Below, piece after piece: positions 34,338 through 44,899 of a DNA stretch of 64,000 bases. Numbering within the stretch: position 1 is the first letter of the stretch; every line of letters begins with the position of its first letter. The DNA is from a bacterium (GTDB lineage: Bacteria > Patescibacteriota > Saccharimonadia > Saccharimonadales > UBA4665), in NCBI GenBank assembly GCA_037139575.1, contig JBAXGD010000002.1, forward strand, positions 66 to 64,065. Reading direction: 5' to 3'. The notes below the pieces were generated by a model that saw nothing but the letters and a program-made list of their open reading frames with translations, was not told where the DNA came from and made no database searches. A program made the translations under genes and the position numbers.

Positions 34338-34641
34338 ATTTGGTGAGTTTATTAGGGAGTACGGCATAGTTGGGCTTGCAATAGGTTTCGTATTCGGTGC
34401 TCAAGTTAAGAGCGTGGTTGATGTATTCACGGCTACCATAGTGAATCCGCTTGTTGGTCTAATTTTACCTGGAACAGGAAGCTTAAACCAGAAGACCTTA
34501 ACTATTCATATTTTTTCGAAGCAAGCCGTCTTTGGCTGGGGTTTGTTCCTGTCGACATTAATTAGCTTCATAATAGTAGCAATCATCATCTATGTGACAT
34601 TTAAGGCCTTGAACTTAGATAGATTAGCCAAAAAGCAATAA
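34252..34641 (+). CDS. mscL: Large-conductance mechanosensitive channel
   Basis: FGEFIREYGIVGLAIGFVFGAQVKSVVDVFTATIVNPLVGLI (TM1 region), TM2 and a charged C-terminal tail. 129 aa. Confidence 0.9.
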   Translation: MDKVLKGSKRAVSKVAPLTSKTINKQVGGFGEFIREYGIVGLAIGFVFGAQVKSVVDVFTATIVNPLVGLILPGTGSLNQKTLTIHIFSKQAVFGWGLFLSTLISFIIVAIIIYVTFKALNLDRLAKKQ

Positions 34642-34646
34642 TCCAT

Positions 34647-35027
34647 ATGGACGATGACTCTTTAAAGAAAAAACTAACAAAAGAGCAGTATCATGTTCTC
34701 AGAGAATCGGGAACCGAAGCTCCATTTAGTGGTAAGTTTGATGATTTTTGGACAACCGGAAACTATAAATGTGCCGCTTGTGGCAACATTCTCTTTAAAT
34801 CTGGCAATAAATATGATGCTGGATGTGGCTGGCCAAGCTTCTGGAATGCGGTTGATGATACTAAAATTAAATTGATCAACGATGATAGTCTTGGCATGCA
34901 AAGAACTGAAGTACGATGCGGTGTCTGCGATAGCCATCTTGGCCATCTATTTGATGACGGGCCTAAGGAGCATGGCGGTAAAAGATACTGCATTAATTCA
35001 TTATCGCTAGATTTTGATAAAAGTTAG
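34647..35027 (+). CDS. msrB: Peptide-methionine (R)-S-oxide reductase
   Basis: CAACGNILF, GCGWPSF, RTEVRCGVCDSHLGHLFDDGP and RYCINS motifs. Confidence 0.93.
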   Translation: MDDDSLKKKLTKEQYHVLRESGTEAPFSGKFDDFWTTGNYKCAACGNILFKSGNKYDAGCGWPSFWNAVDDTKIKLINDDSLGMQRTEVRCGVCDSHLGHLFDDGPKEHGGKRYCINSLSLDFDKS

Positions 35028-35368
35028 AGATTAGCGCAATCTGAATCGTAATATTTATTTCCCCAAGAAGCCATCTGTTTGAGAAGGGGGACAAGGTCAC
35101 GACCTTTATTAGTTAAACTATATTCAATTCGTGGTGGAGATTCCCGAAAACTTTCTTTAGTAATTATTTCATGTTTTTCTAGCTCGTCTAGTCTTTGCGA
35201 TAGAGTTTTCGGACTAATACCGGCTAAAGATTTCTCTAGATATGTAAATCGCTTGCTGCCATCTACTAAATCTCGAAGTATAAGGGCAGTCCATTTGCTG
35301 CCTATTACGGCCATAGCAGAAGCTATACAGCCAGTTCTTTTTTCTAAATTATTACTTCTAATTTTCAT
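35024..35368 (-). CDS. HxlR-family winged-helix transcriptional regulator
   Basis: CIASAMAVIGSKWTALILRDL...RFTYLEKSLAGISPKTLSQRLDELEKHEII...PPRIEYSLT. Divergent from a flavin reductase gene, which is a typical pairing. Confidence 0.85.
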   Translation of the reverse strand: MKIRSNNLEKRTGCIASAMAVIGSKWTALILRDLVDGSKRFTYLEKSLAGISPKTLSQRLDELEKHEIITKESFRESPPRIEYSLTNKGRDLVPLLKQMASWGNKYYDSDCANL

Positions 35369-35446
35369 ACTTTACTTTGTATAGTAATGGCACTATTATA
35401 TTAATACTACATAAAGTATATCATTAATCAAAAAGAGGGAATATAT

Positions 35447-36025
35447 ATGAAACTACAAATAGTTATTGGAAGCACACGAAAAGGAAGAAGATCTCTACAA
35501 TTCTCAAAATGGATTGCGTCAGCAGCTCAAGAATTAAAGAATGTTGAAGTTGAGATGGTTGATTTAATTGATTTTGATCTTCCACTTTTTAACGAAGCCG
35601 TATCGCCGAGATACAATCCGGATCGTAAGGTAGAAGGCGATGTTAAGAAGTTTCTCGATAAATTAGCAGAGGCTGATGGTTATGTTTTTGTTACCCCCGA
35701 ATATAACCACTCATTATCGGGAGTTCTTAAAAATGCACTAGACTACACAGCATATGAACTAAACCGCAAGCCTGCAGCTGTAGCAACACATGGAAGTGTA
35801 GGTGGAGCTCGAGCCGCAGAACACCTAAAGATGATTTTATCGGAGTGTCAGGCTGTTGTCGTACCAATCAACCTACACTTTAACCATTTCATAGATGGAA
35901 TTATTGACGAGGAAGGTAATTTGATTAAGGAACTTAAGGAACTGCAGTACGGTCCACACACCACTGTGAATACTATGCTAAATGATCTAGTTTGGTATGC
36001 CAATGCACTAAAAGCAGCTAAATAG
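35447..36025 (+). CDS. NADPH-dependent FMN reductase family protein
   Basis: MKLQIVIGSTRKGRRS... and FVTPEYNHSLSGVLKNALD motifs. Confidence 0.85.
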   Translation: MKLQIVIGSTRKGRRSLQFSKWIASAAQELKNVEVEMVDLIDFDLPLFNEAVSPRYNPDRKVEGDVKKFLDKLAEADGYVFVTPEYNHSLSGVLKNALDYTAYELNRKPAAVATHGSVGGARAAEHLKMILSECQAVVVPINLHFNHFIDGIIDEEGNLIKELKELQYGPHTTVNTMLNDLVWYANALKAAK

Positions 36026-36104
36026 AAACCTATTTTACCCTTGTAAAATAACACTTATTGTGCTAATGTATATTTAGATAAATATAAAATAAAAAAATCA
36101 AAAA

Positions 36105-37067
36105 ATGTCAGAAACTTTCAATACTTCAATTCAAGAACAGCCCCAGGTTAGCGAAGCCGATGTGGATAAATTCATGAGTGTTGTTGATGAAAAGTACTCT
36201 ACCGGAAAGGCCGTAGAATATGACGGCAAGATACTTCGTTTTGAGGATGCCATAAAAAAGAATTTGAAGGATGAGAGCGGTAACAAAACTGGCGAAACTC
36301 AAAATATTGTTATTCTTTCTGATGAAAATGGCCAACAAACGATTTTAGACGCCAAGGACTTTATATCCTCACAGGGCTTGAAATTTGATGAAGGCACTGA
36401 GTTACCCAAGGAGGAAGACGCTGCAGTTTTGGAGCAGATTCGCGAAATTACGAGAACCCCGAAAACCGAATATCGGAAGTTTAGAAACGAATTAGTGTTT
36501 AAGCCTGCCCTAGAATCTTCAGATGACAAGGAATCAAACTTTGATAATTTGCTAGATCCGAACCAAGATCTTTCTGAAAATACTGTAGAAAAAGCTGCTG
36601 TAAAAGAAACCGTACGAACTAAAGTTACCCCTGAATCCAAGAAAATGGCAGAAGAACGAATTGAACAAGCCTATATGTCCGATCCTGGATTAGCCGAAAT
36701 ATTTAATAAATTTTCAAGCGAAAATGGTTTAGCAGATAGATCCGAGCTGACTGAAGCCATGAGGAATAATAAGGACTTGAGGATTGAAGTTGGGGTATAT
36801 CTTTTGGCTAAAATTGACAGACTTTTCCACCAAATGCCCGAGAGGATTCAGGATGATACCGAAAAAAAACCTTCAACTGAAGGCTATAATCATATACCTG
36901 TAATGACAAGTCGTGAATATGCAACATTGCTCGCAATTTCTATGCTTGATGGAACATTTGATGATAAAAGAGTTGGCGGCGATACAATTGAATACAGGGA
37001 AGGTACCGATAAAGTTATTCTTGGACAACATAGAGCCGCAGCACAAAAATTAATAAGTCTGTCCTAG
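36105..37067 (+). CDS. Hypothetical acidic protein
   Basis: 320-aa ORF with no recognisable motif. Confidence 0.6.
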   Translation: MSETFNTSIQEQPQVSEADVDKFMSVVDEKYSTGKAVEYDGKILRFEDAIKKNLKDESGNKTGETQNIVILSDENGQQTILDAKDFISSQGLKFDEGTELPKEEDAAVLEQIREITRTPKTEYRKFRNELVFKPALESSDDKESNFDNLLDPNQDLSENTVEKAAVKETVRTKVTPESKKMAEERIEQAYMSDPGLAEIFNKFSSENGLADRSELTEAMRNNKDLRIEVGVYLLAKIDRLFHQMPERIQDDTEKKPSTEGYNHIPVMTSREYATLLAISMLDGTFDDKRVGGDTIEYREGTDKVILGQHRAAAQKLISLS

Positions 37068-37076
37068 GTTATATTT

Positions 37077-37637
37077 ATGAATGAGATTGATAAAACGATA
37101 AAGCCAACAAAATTACTTTGGGTTGATCTTGAAATGACTGGGCTTGATCCTAGCGAGCACGTTATTATTGAAGTTGCAGTATTAATTACGGACTTTGATT
37201 TTAAAACTTTGGCCAAGTACGAGGCAGTAATATCTCAACCTGAAGAAAAGATTCAAAACATGAATGAGTGGTCGGCGATACAGCACGCAAAAAGTGGTCT
37301 TATCGATAAAATTCGCAACAACGGTAAAACTGAAAAACAAGTTATTATAGAAATAGTAAATTTGATAAAAAATAACTTCGGTGATGAGCCGGCAATCCTA
37401 GCTGGAAACTCAATTTATAATGATCGCAAGTTTATTGAAAAGTGGTGGCCGGAAGTTGCTAGCCTGCTCCACTACAGGATGCTTGATGTAACGTCATTCA
37501 AGATTTTGATGGAGAACAAATTAACAGACAAGTTTGAGAAAAACGATAACCATAGAGCTTTAGATGACATAGGGGCATCTATAAAAGAGCTAGAGTTTTA
37601 TCTAGATAATTTGTCAAAAATTAGTGAAAAGCCCTAG
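37077..37637 (+). CDS. orn: Oligoribonuclease (DEDDh 3'-5' exonuclease)
   Basis: LLWVDLEMTGLDP (Exo I), AGNSIYNDRKFI (Exo II), HRALDD (Exo III). Confidence 0.9.
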   Translation: MNEIDKTIKPTKLLWVDLEMTGLDPSEHVIIEVAVLITDFDFKTLAKYEAVISQPEEKIQNMNEWSAIQHAKSGLIDKIRNNGKTEKQVIIEIVNLIKNNFGDEPAILAGNSIYNDRKFIEKWWPEVASLLHYRMLDVTSFKILMENKLTDKFEKNDNHRALDDIGASIKELEFYLDNLSKISEKP

Positions 37638-37658
37638 GTTGATTTATAATTTCTTCCC

Positions 37659-37991
37659 ATGTTTGAATATTCAGAAGTAAAAAAACTAATAATATCCTAC
37701 GAAGGCGTAGTAAAAAGCTATCCTTACGGTAAAAATATTGAGGTTTATTCATTAAACGAGCAGATGTTTGCTCTTCTATATAAAGATTTAACACCACTAC
37801 AAATTTCATTGAGGTGCGATAGACTGCTAGCTAAACACCTTAAGGAAAAATATGAGACCGTTCTTTCAGGCAAGGACTTAAATCCAAGGTCATGGATTAC
37901 TGTTATTCTGACCGGACAACTTACCCTAGAAGAGGTGAGAGATTTAATTAGGCACTCATACGAGATAACAAAACAGCTAGAGTCTAATTAG
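37659..37991 (+). CDS. MmcQ/YjbR-family protein
   Basis: 110 aa. YPYGKNIEVYSL..QMFALLY...ISLRCD and a C-terminal IRHSYEIT pattern. Confidence 0.65.
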   Translation: MFEYSEVKKLIISYEGVVKSYPYGKNIEVYSLNEQMFALLYKDLTPLQISLRCDRLLAKHLKEKYETVLSGKDLNPRSWITVILTGQLTLEEVRDLIRHSYEITKQLESN

Positions 37992-38598
37992 CTGATAATG
38001 TCTTAGAATAATCTGTAAGTACCTTATTTTGTTTGTATAAAGTGCTCAAAAGTGCCTTCATTGCGGCTTTAGTTTCGCCATTATATGCAATGGTAATATT
38101 ATTTTGATACAGATTAATTTTAGTCTGATAATTTGATAAATACGCTGCATCAAATGTTCCGTTGAGTATCGCAGAACCAAGGCTTGTTTTAACAGATGAG
38201 CTCGAGTACGCTTTCACTGATGGAGTTATTGGTACTCCTTCTGCTACAGCTAATTTTATTAATTGAGATTGAGCGCTGGCCATACTCAGCTGAGTAGTTG
38301 CGGAAAGGTTCAGTATAGTTTGATTCTTTGAATTAGTGGTTCCTTGAGAGGAAATTTGCATTAGGATTGCTTGATCCTCTACTAGATTAATTATATTTTT
38401 GTTGTTAGCGCTCTTTGAGCCTGAAATGATTATATTGAGGATAAAGGCAATAACAATGATTATTAATAGTCCACCGGCCACGATGAAAATTCTCGATTTT
38501 GTGCTACTATTACCCCCAGAAAATGAATTTCGCTGAGGAGAATGATTATCGTTCATGAAATAAAATTGATCGTTGTTAGTGTTTTGGTTCGGATTCAT
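37984..38598 (-). CDS. Hypothetical membrane-anchored extracellular protein
   Basis: 204 aa. Asn/Gln-rich N-terminus, one TM helix (IFIVAGGLLIIIVIAFILNIII), extracellular remainder. Confidence 0.6.
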   Translation of the reverse strand: MNPNQNTNNDQFYFMNDNHSPQRNSFSGGNSSTKSRIFIVAGGLLIIIVIAFILNIIISGSKSANNKNIINLVEDQAILMQISSQGTTNSKNQTILNLSATTQLSMASAQSQLIKLAVAEGVPITPSVKAYSSSSVKTSLGSAILNGTFDAAYLSNYQTKINLYQNNITIAYNGETKAAMKALLSTLYKQNKVLTDYSKTLSAN

Positions 38599-38661
38599 AT
38601 GTATTATTTAACCATAACTGACTTCATGTACCCAAGTAACTTTAGCGTACAATAGGATTAT

Positions 38662-40410
38662 ATGAGTGCAATTGATGAAATTAAAGAGAGAGTTTCGATC
38701 GAGGACGTTGTAAGTCAATATGTTCAATTGAAACGTGCTGGTAGAAACTTCAAGGGCTTAAGTCCATTCAATTCAGAAAAAAGCCCAAGCTTTATTGTTA
38801 GCCCAGAAAAACAAATATGGCATGATTTCTCCAGTGGTAAAGGGGGTAATATATTTAGTTTCATCATGGAGATGGAAGGGGTAGATTTCCGAGGAGCTCT
38901 TGAAATTCTGGCTAGACAATCAGGAGTAGATTTATCTAAATACGATAATAAATCTTATGCCAGAGATGCGAAAGTAAAAGAGAAGCTCTATGAAGCCCTA
39001 GAAATAGCCACTAAATTTTACCAAATTCATCTATCGAAAAATTCTACAGCTCAAGAGTATGTATTTAAAAAAAGAGGTATGGATAAGCCAACAGCACTAT
39101 CGTTTAAAATAGGCTATTCTCCCAATTCTAGATCTGATTTATCTGACTATTTAATCAAGAAGGGCTTCAATACAGCTCAAATTAAAGGGGCTGGTCTTGG
39201 GATTGAGCGAGATGGCAAGATAATCGATATGTTTAGAGGTAGAATAATGATTCCTTTAACAGATCCAAACGGTCGAACAATAGGCTTCACAGCTAGAGAG
39301 CTTATTGCTGGACCAAGTTCCCCGAAATACATAAATACTCCTCAGACAATACTTTACGACAAGAGCAGACATATTTTTGGCTTAGACAAAGCAAAGGAAT
39401 CTATAAGAAAATTGAACTATGCAGTTGTTGTTGAGGGTAATATGGATGTCATATCTTCACATCAAGCTGGTGTGAGTCAGGTGGTGGCAACAGCGGGCAC
39501 CGCCTTAACTGAGTACCATCTGAAAGGGCTAAACCGCTTTACTTCAGATATCCGTCTTTGCTTCGATCAGGATGCCGCAGGAATTAAGGCTACCGAGAGA
39601 TCAATCCCAATAGCTTCAAAAGTTGGAGTTAGCTTGTCTATGATTAATATTAATGGCGGCAAAGATCCGGACGAGCTACTTAAGGCCAATCCTGATTCAT
39701 GGCTTGAATCCATTAACAAACCTATCTATGCAGTGGATTGGCTTATTCAATATTACAAAGATGTTCTGGATCTAAATAGCGGACAGGGTAAGCGTGAATT
39801 TAGCGACATTGTGCTTAAAGTAATTAGAAGCATCACCGATCCCGTAGAGAAGGATCACTATCTCACAAAAGTCGCTGAGCTTATTAACGTCTCCAAGGAT
39901 GCTCTTGAGACAAAAATTGGAACCCAAAAAACTGACAGTGCAATTCTCAAACACAATAAAGTTGAACACCAAAAGAACCATCGTAATTATGATTTGAGTA
40001 GATACCAGAATCATTTTCTAAGCATTGTTATCAATCACCCAGAACTGAGAATATTATTACATTCAATGTCAGAAGAGATGTTTGCAACTGATGAGTCAAA
40101 AAAATTATTCAAATTCATAGTTAAGAATAAGGAAATTACAGATTTCAGCATACCCCTAGATGACTTGCAAAATATCGGCGACTATATTAAAGTATTGTTA
40201 TTACAGTATGATGAACTATATAAGGTTCAATCTACGACAGAACTTCATTATGAAGCAAGCCTTTTGCAGGCACAGATAATACAACAATACGTAAAACAAA
40301 GAAAACAAGCCATTTCAATACTGCTTAGTGATGCAAATCCTAGCCAGGCACAACAATTATTAACAGAAGCAAAAGACCTAGATAAACTATTAAGAAACAA
40401 TAAGGACTAA
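38662..40410 (+). CDS. dnaG: DNA primase with a zinc-ligand-less N-terminal domain
   Basis: Zinc-binding-domain scaffold (GLSPFNSEKSPSFIVSPEKQIWHDFSSGKGGNIFSF), RNA-polymerase core, TOPRIM (VVVEGNMDVIS ... DQDAAG). Immediately followed by rpoD. Confidence 0.92.
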   Translation: MSAIDEIKERVSIEDVVSQYVQLKRAGRNFKGLSPFNSEKSPSFIVSPEKQIWHDFSSGKGGNIFSFIMEMEGVDFRGALEILARQSGVDLSKYDNKSYARDAKVKEKLYEALEIATKFYQIHLSKNSTAQEYVFKKRGMDKPTALSFKIGYSPNSRSDLSDYLIKKGFNTAQIKGAGLGIERDGKIIDMFRGRIMIPLTDPNGRTIGFTARELIAGPSSPKYINTPQTILYDKSRHIFGLDKAKESIRKLNYAVVVEGNMDVISSHQAGVSQVVATAGTALTEYHLKGLNRFTSDIRLCFDQDAAGIKATERSIPIASKVGVSLSMININGGKDPDELLKANPDSWLESINKPIYAVDWLIQYYKDVLDLNSGQGKREFSDIVLKVIRSITDPVEKDHYLTKVAELINVSKDALETKIGTQKTDSAILKHNKVEHQKNHRNYDLSRYQNHFLSIVINHPELRILLHSMSEEMFATDESKKLFKFIVKNKEITDFSIPLDDLQNIGDYIKVLLLQYDELYKVQSTTELHYEASLLQAQIIQQYVKQRKQAISILLSDANPSQAQQLLTEAKDLDKLLRNNKD

Positions 40411-40413
40411 TAA

Positions 40414-41538
40414 ATGAGCAGAAAAGCTAAAGTAACAATGCCAACACCTGAAGAGATGGATGCATTAAAACAGCAACTATTTGATAAGGCTAAAAAAGAT
40501 GGTCAGATTGATCAAAAAGAAATCCTAAAAGTATTCAGTGAATCACCAGAAAATGTTGAAATCCTAGATTCTCTTTATAGTGATTTAGCAGAAGCAAACC
40601 TTGAAGTAGTTAGCGAACCAAGTACTGAAGAATTTTCAGATGAATGGGTACTTGAGAACGGCGAAGAAGAAGAGGTCGTAACTAATGACACAAGCTATAT
40701 TGATGATATCGCTGATGATTCCGTCAGACTCTACTTAAGAGAAATCGGTAAAATCCCATTATTATCTTCAGAAGATGAATTGGCGCTTGCTCAAAGAGTT
40801 GTGGCAGGCGATATGGACGCTAAAGCAAAAATGGCAGAAGCAAACATGCGTTTAGTGGTATCGATTGCCAAAAGATATGTTGGTAGAGGACTAGATTTAT
40901 TGGACTTAATTCAAGAAGGTAACACTGGGCTACTAAGAGCTGTTGAGAAATTTGACCCAGATAAAGGATTCAAGTTCTCAACCTATGCAACTTGGTGGAT
41001 TAGACAGGCTATAACCCGAGCTATTGCAGATCAGGCAAGAGTAATCCGTATACCTGTTCACATGGTTGAAACTATCAACAAACTACTTAGAACACAAAGA
41101 AGATTAACCCAGGAACTTAATCGTGAACCAACTAGCGAAGAAATAGCTAAGGCTATGGAAATCGAAGTAGAAAAAGTTGAACACATCATGAAGATTAAGC
41201 AGGATATTAGCAGTCTTGATGCCAGCATTAAGGATGACGAAGAAGAATCGGTTCTTTCAGACTTCATTGAAGATGAAGACACAATTAGTCCTGAAGAATC
41301 TGCGACTGGACAGTTAATGAAAGAGCAGATAAAAACTCTACTTGGGGCTTTAACAGAGAGAGAGCAGAAGATTCTAAAGCTACGTTTTGGTCTAGAAGAT
41401 GGAAAATATCATACACTTGAAGAAGTCGGACAAGAATTTAGCGTCACAAGAGAAAGAATTAGACAAATTGAAGCAAAAGCTCTTGCTAAACTTCGAAAAC
41501 ACAAAGATTCAAAGAAGCTGCACGACTATATTAGCTAA
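40414..41538 (+). CDS. rpoD: RNA polymerase primary sigma factor
   Basis: Region 2 ([37 protein letters not shown]), region 3, and region 4 ([24 protein letters not shown]). Confidence 0.95.
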   Translation: MSRKAKVTMPTPEEMDALKQQLFDKAKKDGQIDQKEILKVFSESPENVEILDSLYSDLAEANLEVVSEPSTEEFSDEWVLENGEEEEVVTNDTSYIDDIADDSVRLYLREIGKIPLLSSEDELALAQRVVAGDMDAKAKMAEANMRLVVSIAKRYVGRGLDLLDLIQEGNTGLLRAVEKFDPDKGFKFSTYATWWIRQAITRAIADQARVIRIPVHMVETINKLLRTQRRLTQELNREPTSEEIAKAMEIEVEKVEHIMKIKQDISSLDASIKDDEEESVLSDFIEDEDTISPEESATGQLMKEQIKTLLGALTEREQKILKLRFGLEDGKYHTLEEVGQEFSVTRERIRQIEAKALAKLRKHKDSKKLHDYIS

Positions 41539-41540
41539 AG

Positions 41541-42146
41541 ATGAATAATACTGAAAATATTGTGGGAATTGGTGGCTATAGTAGGTCTGGCAAAGATACG
41601 CTCGCAACATTGCTACTTAGTGCTGGTTATTTTGGAATTTCCGTCGGAGATATTGCTAGGGAATATTCTATGGAGCGCCATAAGGATTCAAAATCACCGA
41701 TTTCAAGAATTAATTTAACAGAGACGTCAAATTGGTTGAGAGAACAAAAAGGCCCTGATGTTTTCATGAAGATTGCTCTCGATAAATATAGACAAGCCCT
41801 TAAAACTAAGGAATATAAGGGAATGCTGATTTGGAGTATTAGAGCACCAATTGAGGCAGACTTTATTATTAAAAATAAAGGGACGCTTATTTGGATAGAT
41901 TCCAAAGCCAAAACCAGGTATAAAAGATTTTTAGAAAACTTGCGTACGGGTGAGGTAAGTATTGATTTTGATGAGTACCTAAGGCAAGAACAAACCCAGG
42001 TAGTTCCACAGCCCGATATTGATCCCCTAATTCAAATGAATATGGATTATGTAAAAGAGAAGGCTAATTTGACGCTTGATAACAATTTTGAAGGCACAGA
42101 AAAATTCCTAGAATATGCTAAACAGAGAGTAAATAGTATTTTATAA
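41541..42146 (+). CDS. P-loop kinase-like protein (dNMP kinase / nucleoside kinase-like)
   Basis: IVGIGGYSRSGKDTLATLL Walker A of the xGKDT type seen in deoxynucleotide monophosphate kinases. 201 aa. Confidence 0.5.
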   Translation: MNNTENIVGIGGYSRSGKDTLATLLLSAGYFGISVGDIAREYSMERHKDSKSPISRINLTETSNWLREQKGPDVFMKIALDKYRQALKTKEYKGMLIWSIRAPIEADFIIKNKGTLIWIDSKAKTRYKRFLENLRTGEVSIDFDEYLRQEQTQVVPQPDIDPLIQMNMDYVKEKANLTLDNNFEGTEKFLEYAKQRVNSIL

Positions 42147-42190
42147 AGCTTGAGCTAATCTATTGTCGATGCTAGGGTATAATTAGTTTA

Positions 42191-44842
42191 ATGACTGAGC
42201 AAAGAAAAAAACTAGTAATCATTGACGGAAAAAGCGTTTTCTATAGAGGCTATTATGCTATGCCAAATTTATCCACTAAGGACGGTATATCTACTGGAGG
42301 TGTTTATGGTTTTGCAGTTATGGCACTTGAGGTTATTAGGAAGCTGAAGCCAGATTATGTAGCTGTTGCCTGGGATAAGCCCAAAACTAACATTAGAAAA
42401 AGATTAGAGCTATATCCAAAATATAAGGCAGGTAGAAAGCCTGCGCCTGCAGATTTCTACGATCAAATACCAATTCTACACGAATTACTGGATGCTTTTG
42501 GTTGGCCACTTTATGAGCTTGATGACTATGAAGCAGACGATATTTTGGGAACATTAGCTGCTCAGGCAAAAGATAAAAATATCGAAACATTACTTGTGAC
42601 TAGCGATATGGATGTTCTTCAACTGGTTAACTCACATACCCACGCATATTTACTCAAAACTGGTTTAAGTAAGATTGATCTATATAATCCAGATAATTTT
42701 GTCGATAAATATGGATTACAGCCAAGTCAGTTCCTCGACCTAAAAGCCCTTATGGGAGACAGCAGCGATAATATTCCAGGAGTTCCCGGCATTGGACCAA
42801 AAACTGCTATTGAACTACTCAAGGAATATAAAACACTAGATGGAGTCTATGAAAATCTAGATCTAATGAAAAATACTGTTTCGGCTAAATTAAGAAATGG
42901 TAAAGACTTGGCATATTTAAGCCATAAGTTGGCCGAGATTTGGCTAGACGCTCCAATAAAACTTAATTTAGAAGAGGTTGACGGGACTAAAGCAAAGCCC
43001 GAACTAATCTTGGAACTGCTTAATAAGCTTGAATTTAAATCTTTGGTAAGACAATTGCCTGAAATCATGAAAGTCGATGCCGTTGTTTCGGAAAAAGCCC
43101 AGGATGCTTCTGATTACAAAGTAAAAAGACATATAATTGATTCCGATTCAGCCTTAGAGGATTTCAGTCTAGCTGATGTTAGAAAAATAATGCTAACTTC
43201 CAGAAGTCGTGGTAAGCACGGATCTAATCCCGAGATATTGTTTATTAGCCCAGACCCCCAAAATGTATACATACTAGAACTTGCAAAATTAGATCCTAAA
43301 ATGGTCACAAATAAGATTAAGCCATTAATTAATGACAACATGATACAAAAAATTGGCTACGATTTAAAGAATACAATCGAAGCTCTGGCTAATCTGGGTT
43401 TATTTTTATCTAGCGTTGATCATGATGTCATGATAGCTTCATTTCTACTAAATAGTCTAAGAAGGGATCAATCAATTAAGGCCTTAGCTTCTGACGAACT
43501 TGATATTGAGTCGGTAGATTTTAGCAATCTTAGTAGTGAAGAACTAATTGAGCGATCCGACCAAATGATTGGAATTCTGTGGGCACTATATAACAAGCAG
43601 GCTCCAGCTCTAATCAGGACAGGTAGTTTGTCAAAACTAGCTAAAGATATTGAGTGGCCAATAATACCTGTACTTGCAAAAATGGAATCTGAAGGCATCC
43701 TACTCGATACTAAATATCTAGAAAACTTTTCACATGAGATTAATGACCTAGTGAGCGACCTTGAACAAAAAATCTATACTCACGCTGGCACCGAATTCAA
43801 TATAAGTTCGCCAGCTCAATTGTCTGATATCCTTTTTGATAAGATGAAAATACCTTCAGAGGGTATCAAAAAAGGTAAAACAGCTTTTTCAACTGCTGCA
43901 AGCGAACTTGAAAAATTGAAGGATTCTCACCCAATAATTGCCTTAATATCTAGCTACAGGGAAGTCACTAAATTGAAGACAACATATGTAGATGCTCTAC
44001 CTAAGATGGTTGATGCTAAATCAAGACTTCATACCACTTTCAACCTGACAATTGCTCAGACGGGCCGGTTGAGCTCGACAGATCCTAATTTGCAGAACAT
44101 ACCCGTAAGAACAGATTTAGGTAAAAGAATAAGAACTGCCTTTATCGCCGGAAAGGGCAGAACGTTTATAAACGCCGATTATTCACAGTTTGAGCTTAGA
44201 ATCGCGGCACATTTATCTCAAGATCAAGACGTTATAGATCAATTTAATAATGATATTGATGTTCATTCGACTACTGCAGCACTAATATATAACCGCGCAA
44301 TAGACGACGTTACTAAAAATATGAGAAGAGAAGCTAAGGTCGTTAATTTCGGCGTAATGTACGGACTTGGATCTCACGGACTGGCTTCGGGAACTGGAAT
44401 GAGCTATGCCCAAGCCAAACATTTTATTGATAGATTTTTTGAAGTTCGTCCTAAACTTAAGGAATATATTGAAAAGATCAGGAAACAGGCAATGGAAGAT
44501 GGATTTGTTGAGGATATATTCGGTAGAAGAAGACCGACTCCAGATATTAAATCCACTAATTTTGCTGTTAGAGAAGCGGCAGTTAGGGCAGCTGTTAACA
44601 TGCCTTTTCAGGGTTCAGCTGCTGACATTATGAAAAAAGCTATGATTGATCTCGATAAAGAATTAGATCAATATGATGCCAAAATGCTTCTACAAATACA
44701 TGACTCCGTCTTGGTTGAAGTAGATGATAAACATGCAGAAAAAGTAGCTTCAATAATTAAAGAAACTATGGAAAATGCCGTTAAGCTTTCTGTTAAATTA
44801 ACAGTAGATGTTGTGACTGCTAAAAATTGGGGGCTGCTCTAG
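42191..44842 (+). CDS. polA: DNA polymerase I
   Basis: 5' nuclease domain (LVIIDGKSVFYRGYYA, GDSSDNIPGVPGIGPKTA), middle domain, and family A polymerase motifs (DYSQFELRIAAHLS, RREAKVVNFGVMYG, QIHDSVLVE). Confidence 0.95.
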   Translation: MTEQRKKLVIIDGKSVFYRGYYAMPNLSTKDGISTGGVYGFAVMALEVIRKLKPDYVAVAWDKPKTNIRKRLELYPKYKAGRKPAPADFYDQIPILHELLDAFGWPLYELDDYEADDILGTLAAQAKDKNIETLLVTSDMDVLQLVNSHTHAYLLKTGLSKIDLYNPDNFVDKYGLQPSQFLDLKALMGDSSDNIPGVPGIGPKTAIELLKEYKTLDGVYENLDLMKNTVSAKLRNGKDLAYLSHKLAEIWLDAPIKLNLEEVDGTKAKPELILELLNKLEFKSLVRQLPEIMKVDAVVSEKAQDASDYKVKRHIIDSDSALEDFSLADVRKIMLTSRSRGKHGSNPEILFISPDPQNVYILELAKLDPKMVTNKIKPLINDNMIQKIGYDLKNTIEALANLGLFLSSVDHDVMIASFLLNSLRRDQSIKALASDELDIESVDFSNLSSEELIERSDQMIGILWALYNKQAPALIRTGSLSKLAKDIEWPIIPVLAKMESEGILLDTKYLENFSHEINDLVSDLEQKIYTHAGTEFNISSPAQLSDILFDKMKIPSEGIKKGKTAFSTAASELEKLKDSHPIIALISSYREVTKLKTTYVDALPKMVDAKSRLHTTFNLTIAQTGRLSSTDPNLQNIPVRTDLGKRIRTAFIAGKGRTFINADYSQFELRIAAHLSQDQDVIDQFNNDIDVHSTTAALIYNRAIDDVTKNMRREAKVVNFGVMYGLGSHGLASGTGMSYAQAKHFIDRFFEVRPKLKEYIEKIRKQAMEDGFVEDIFGRRRPTPDIKSTNFAVREAAVRAAVNMPFQGSAADIMKKAMIDLDKELDQYDAKMLLQIHDSVLVEVDDKHAEKVASIIKETMENAVKLSVKLTVDVVTAKNWGLL

Positions 44843-44899
44843 TTAATATTGTAAAAACATGACTAATATGTTATACTAGACGTTAATTAAGAGGTAATT

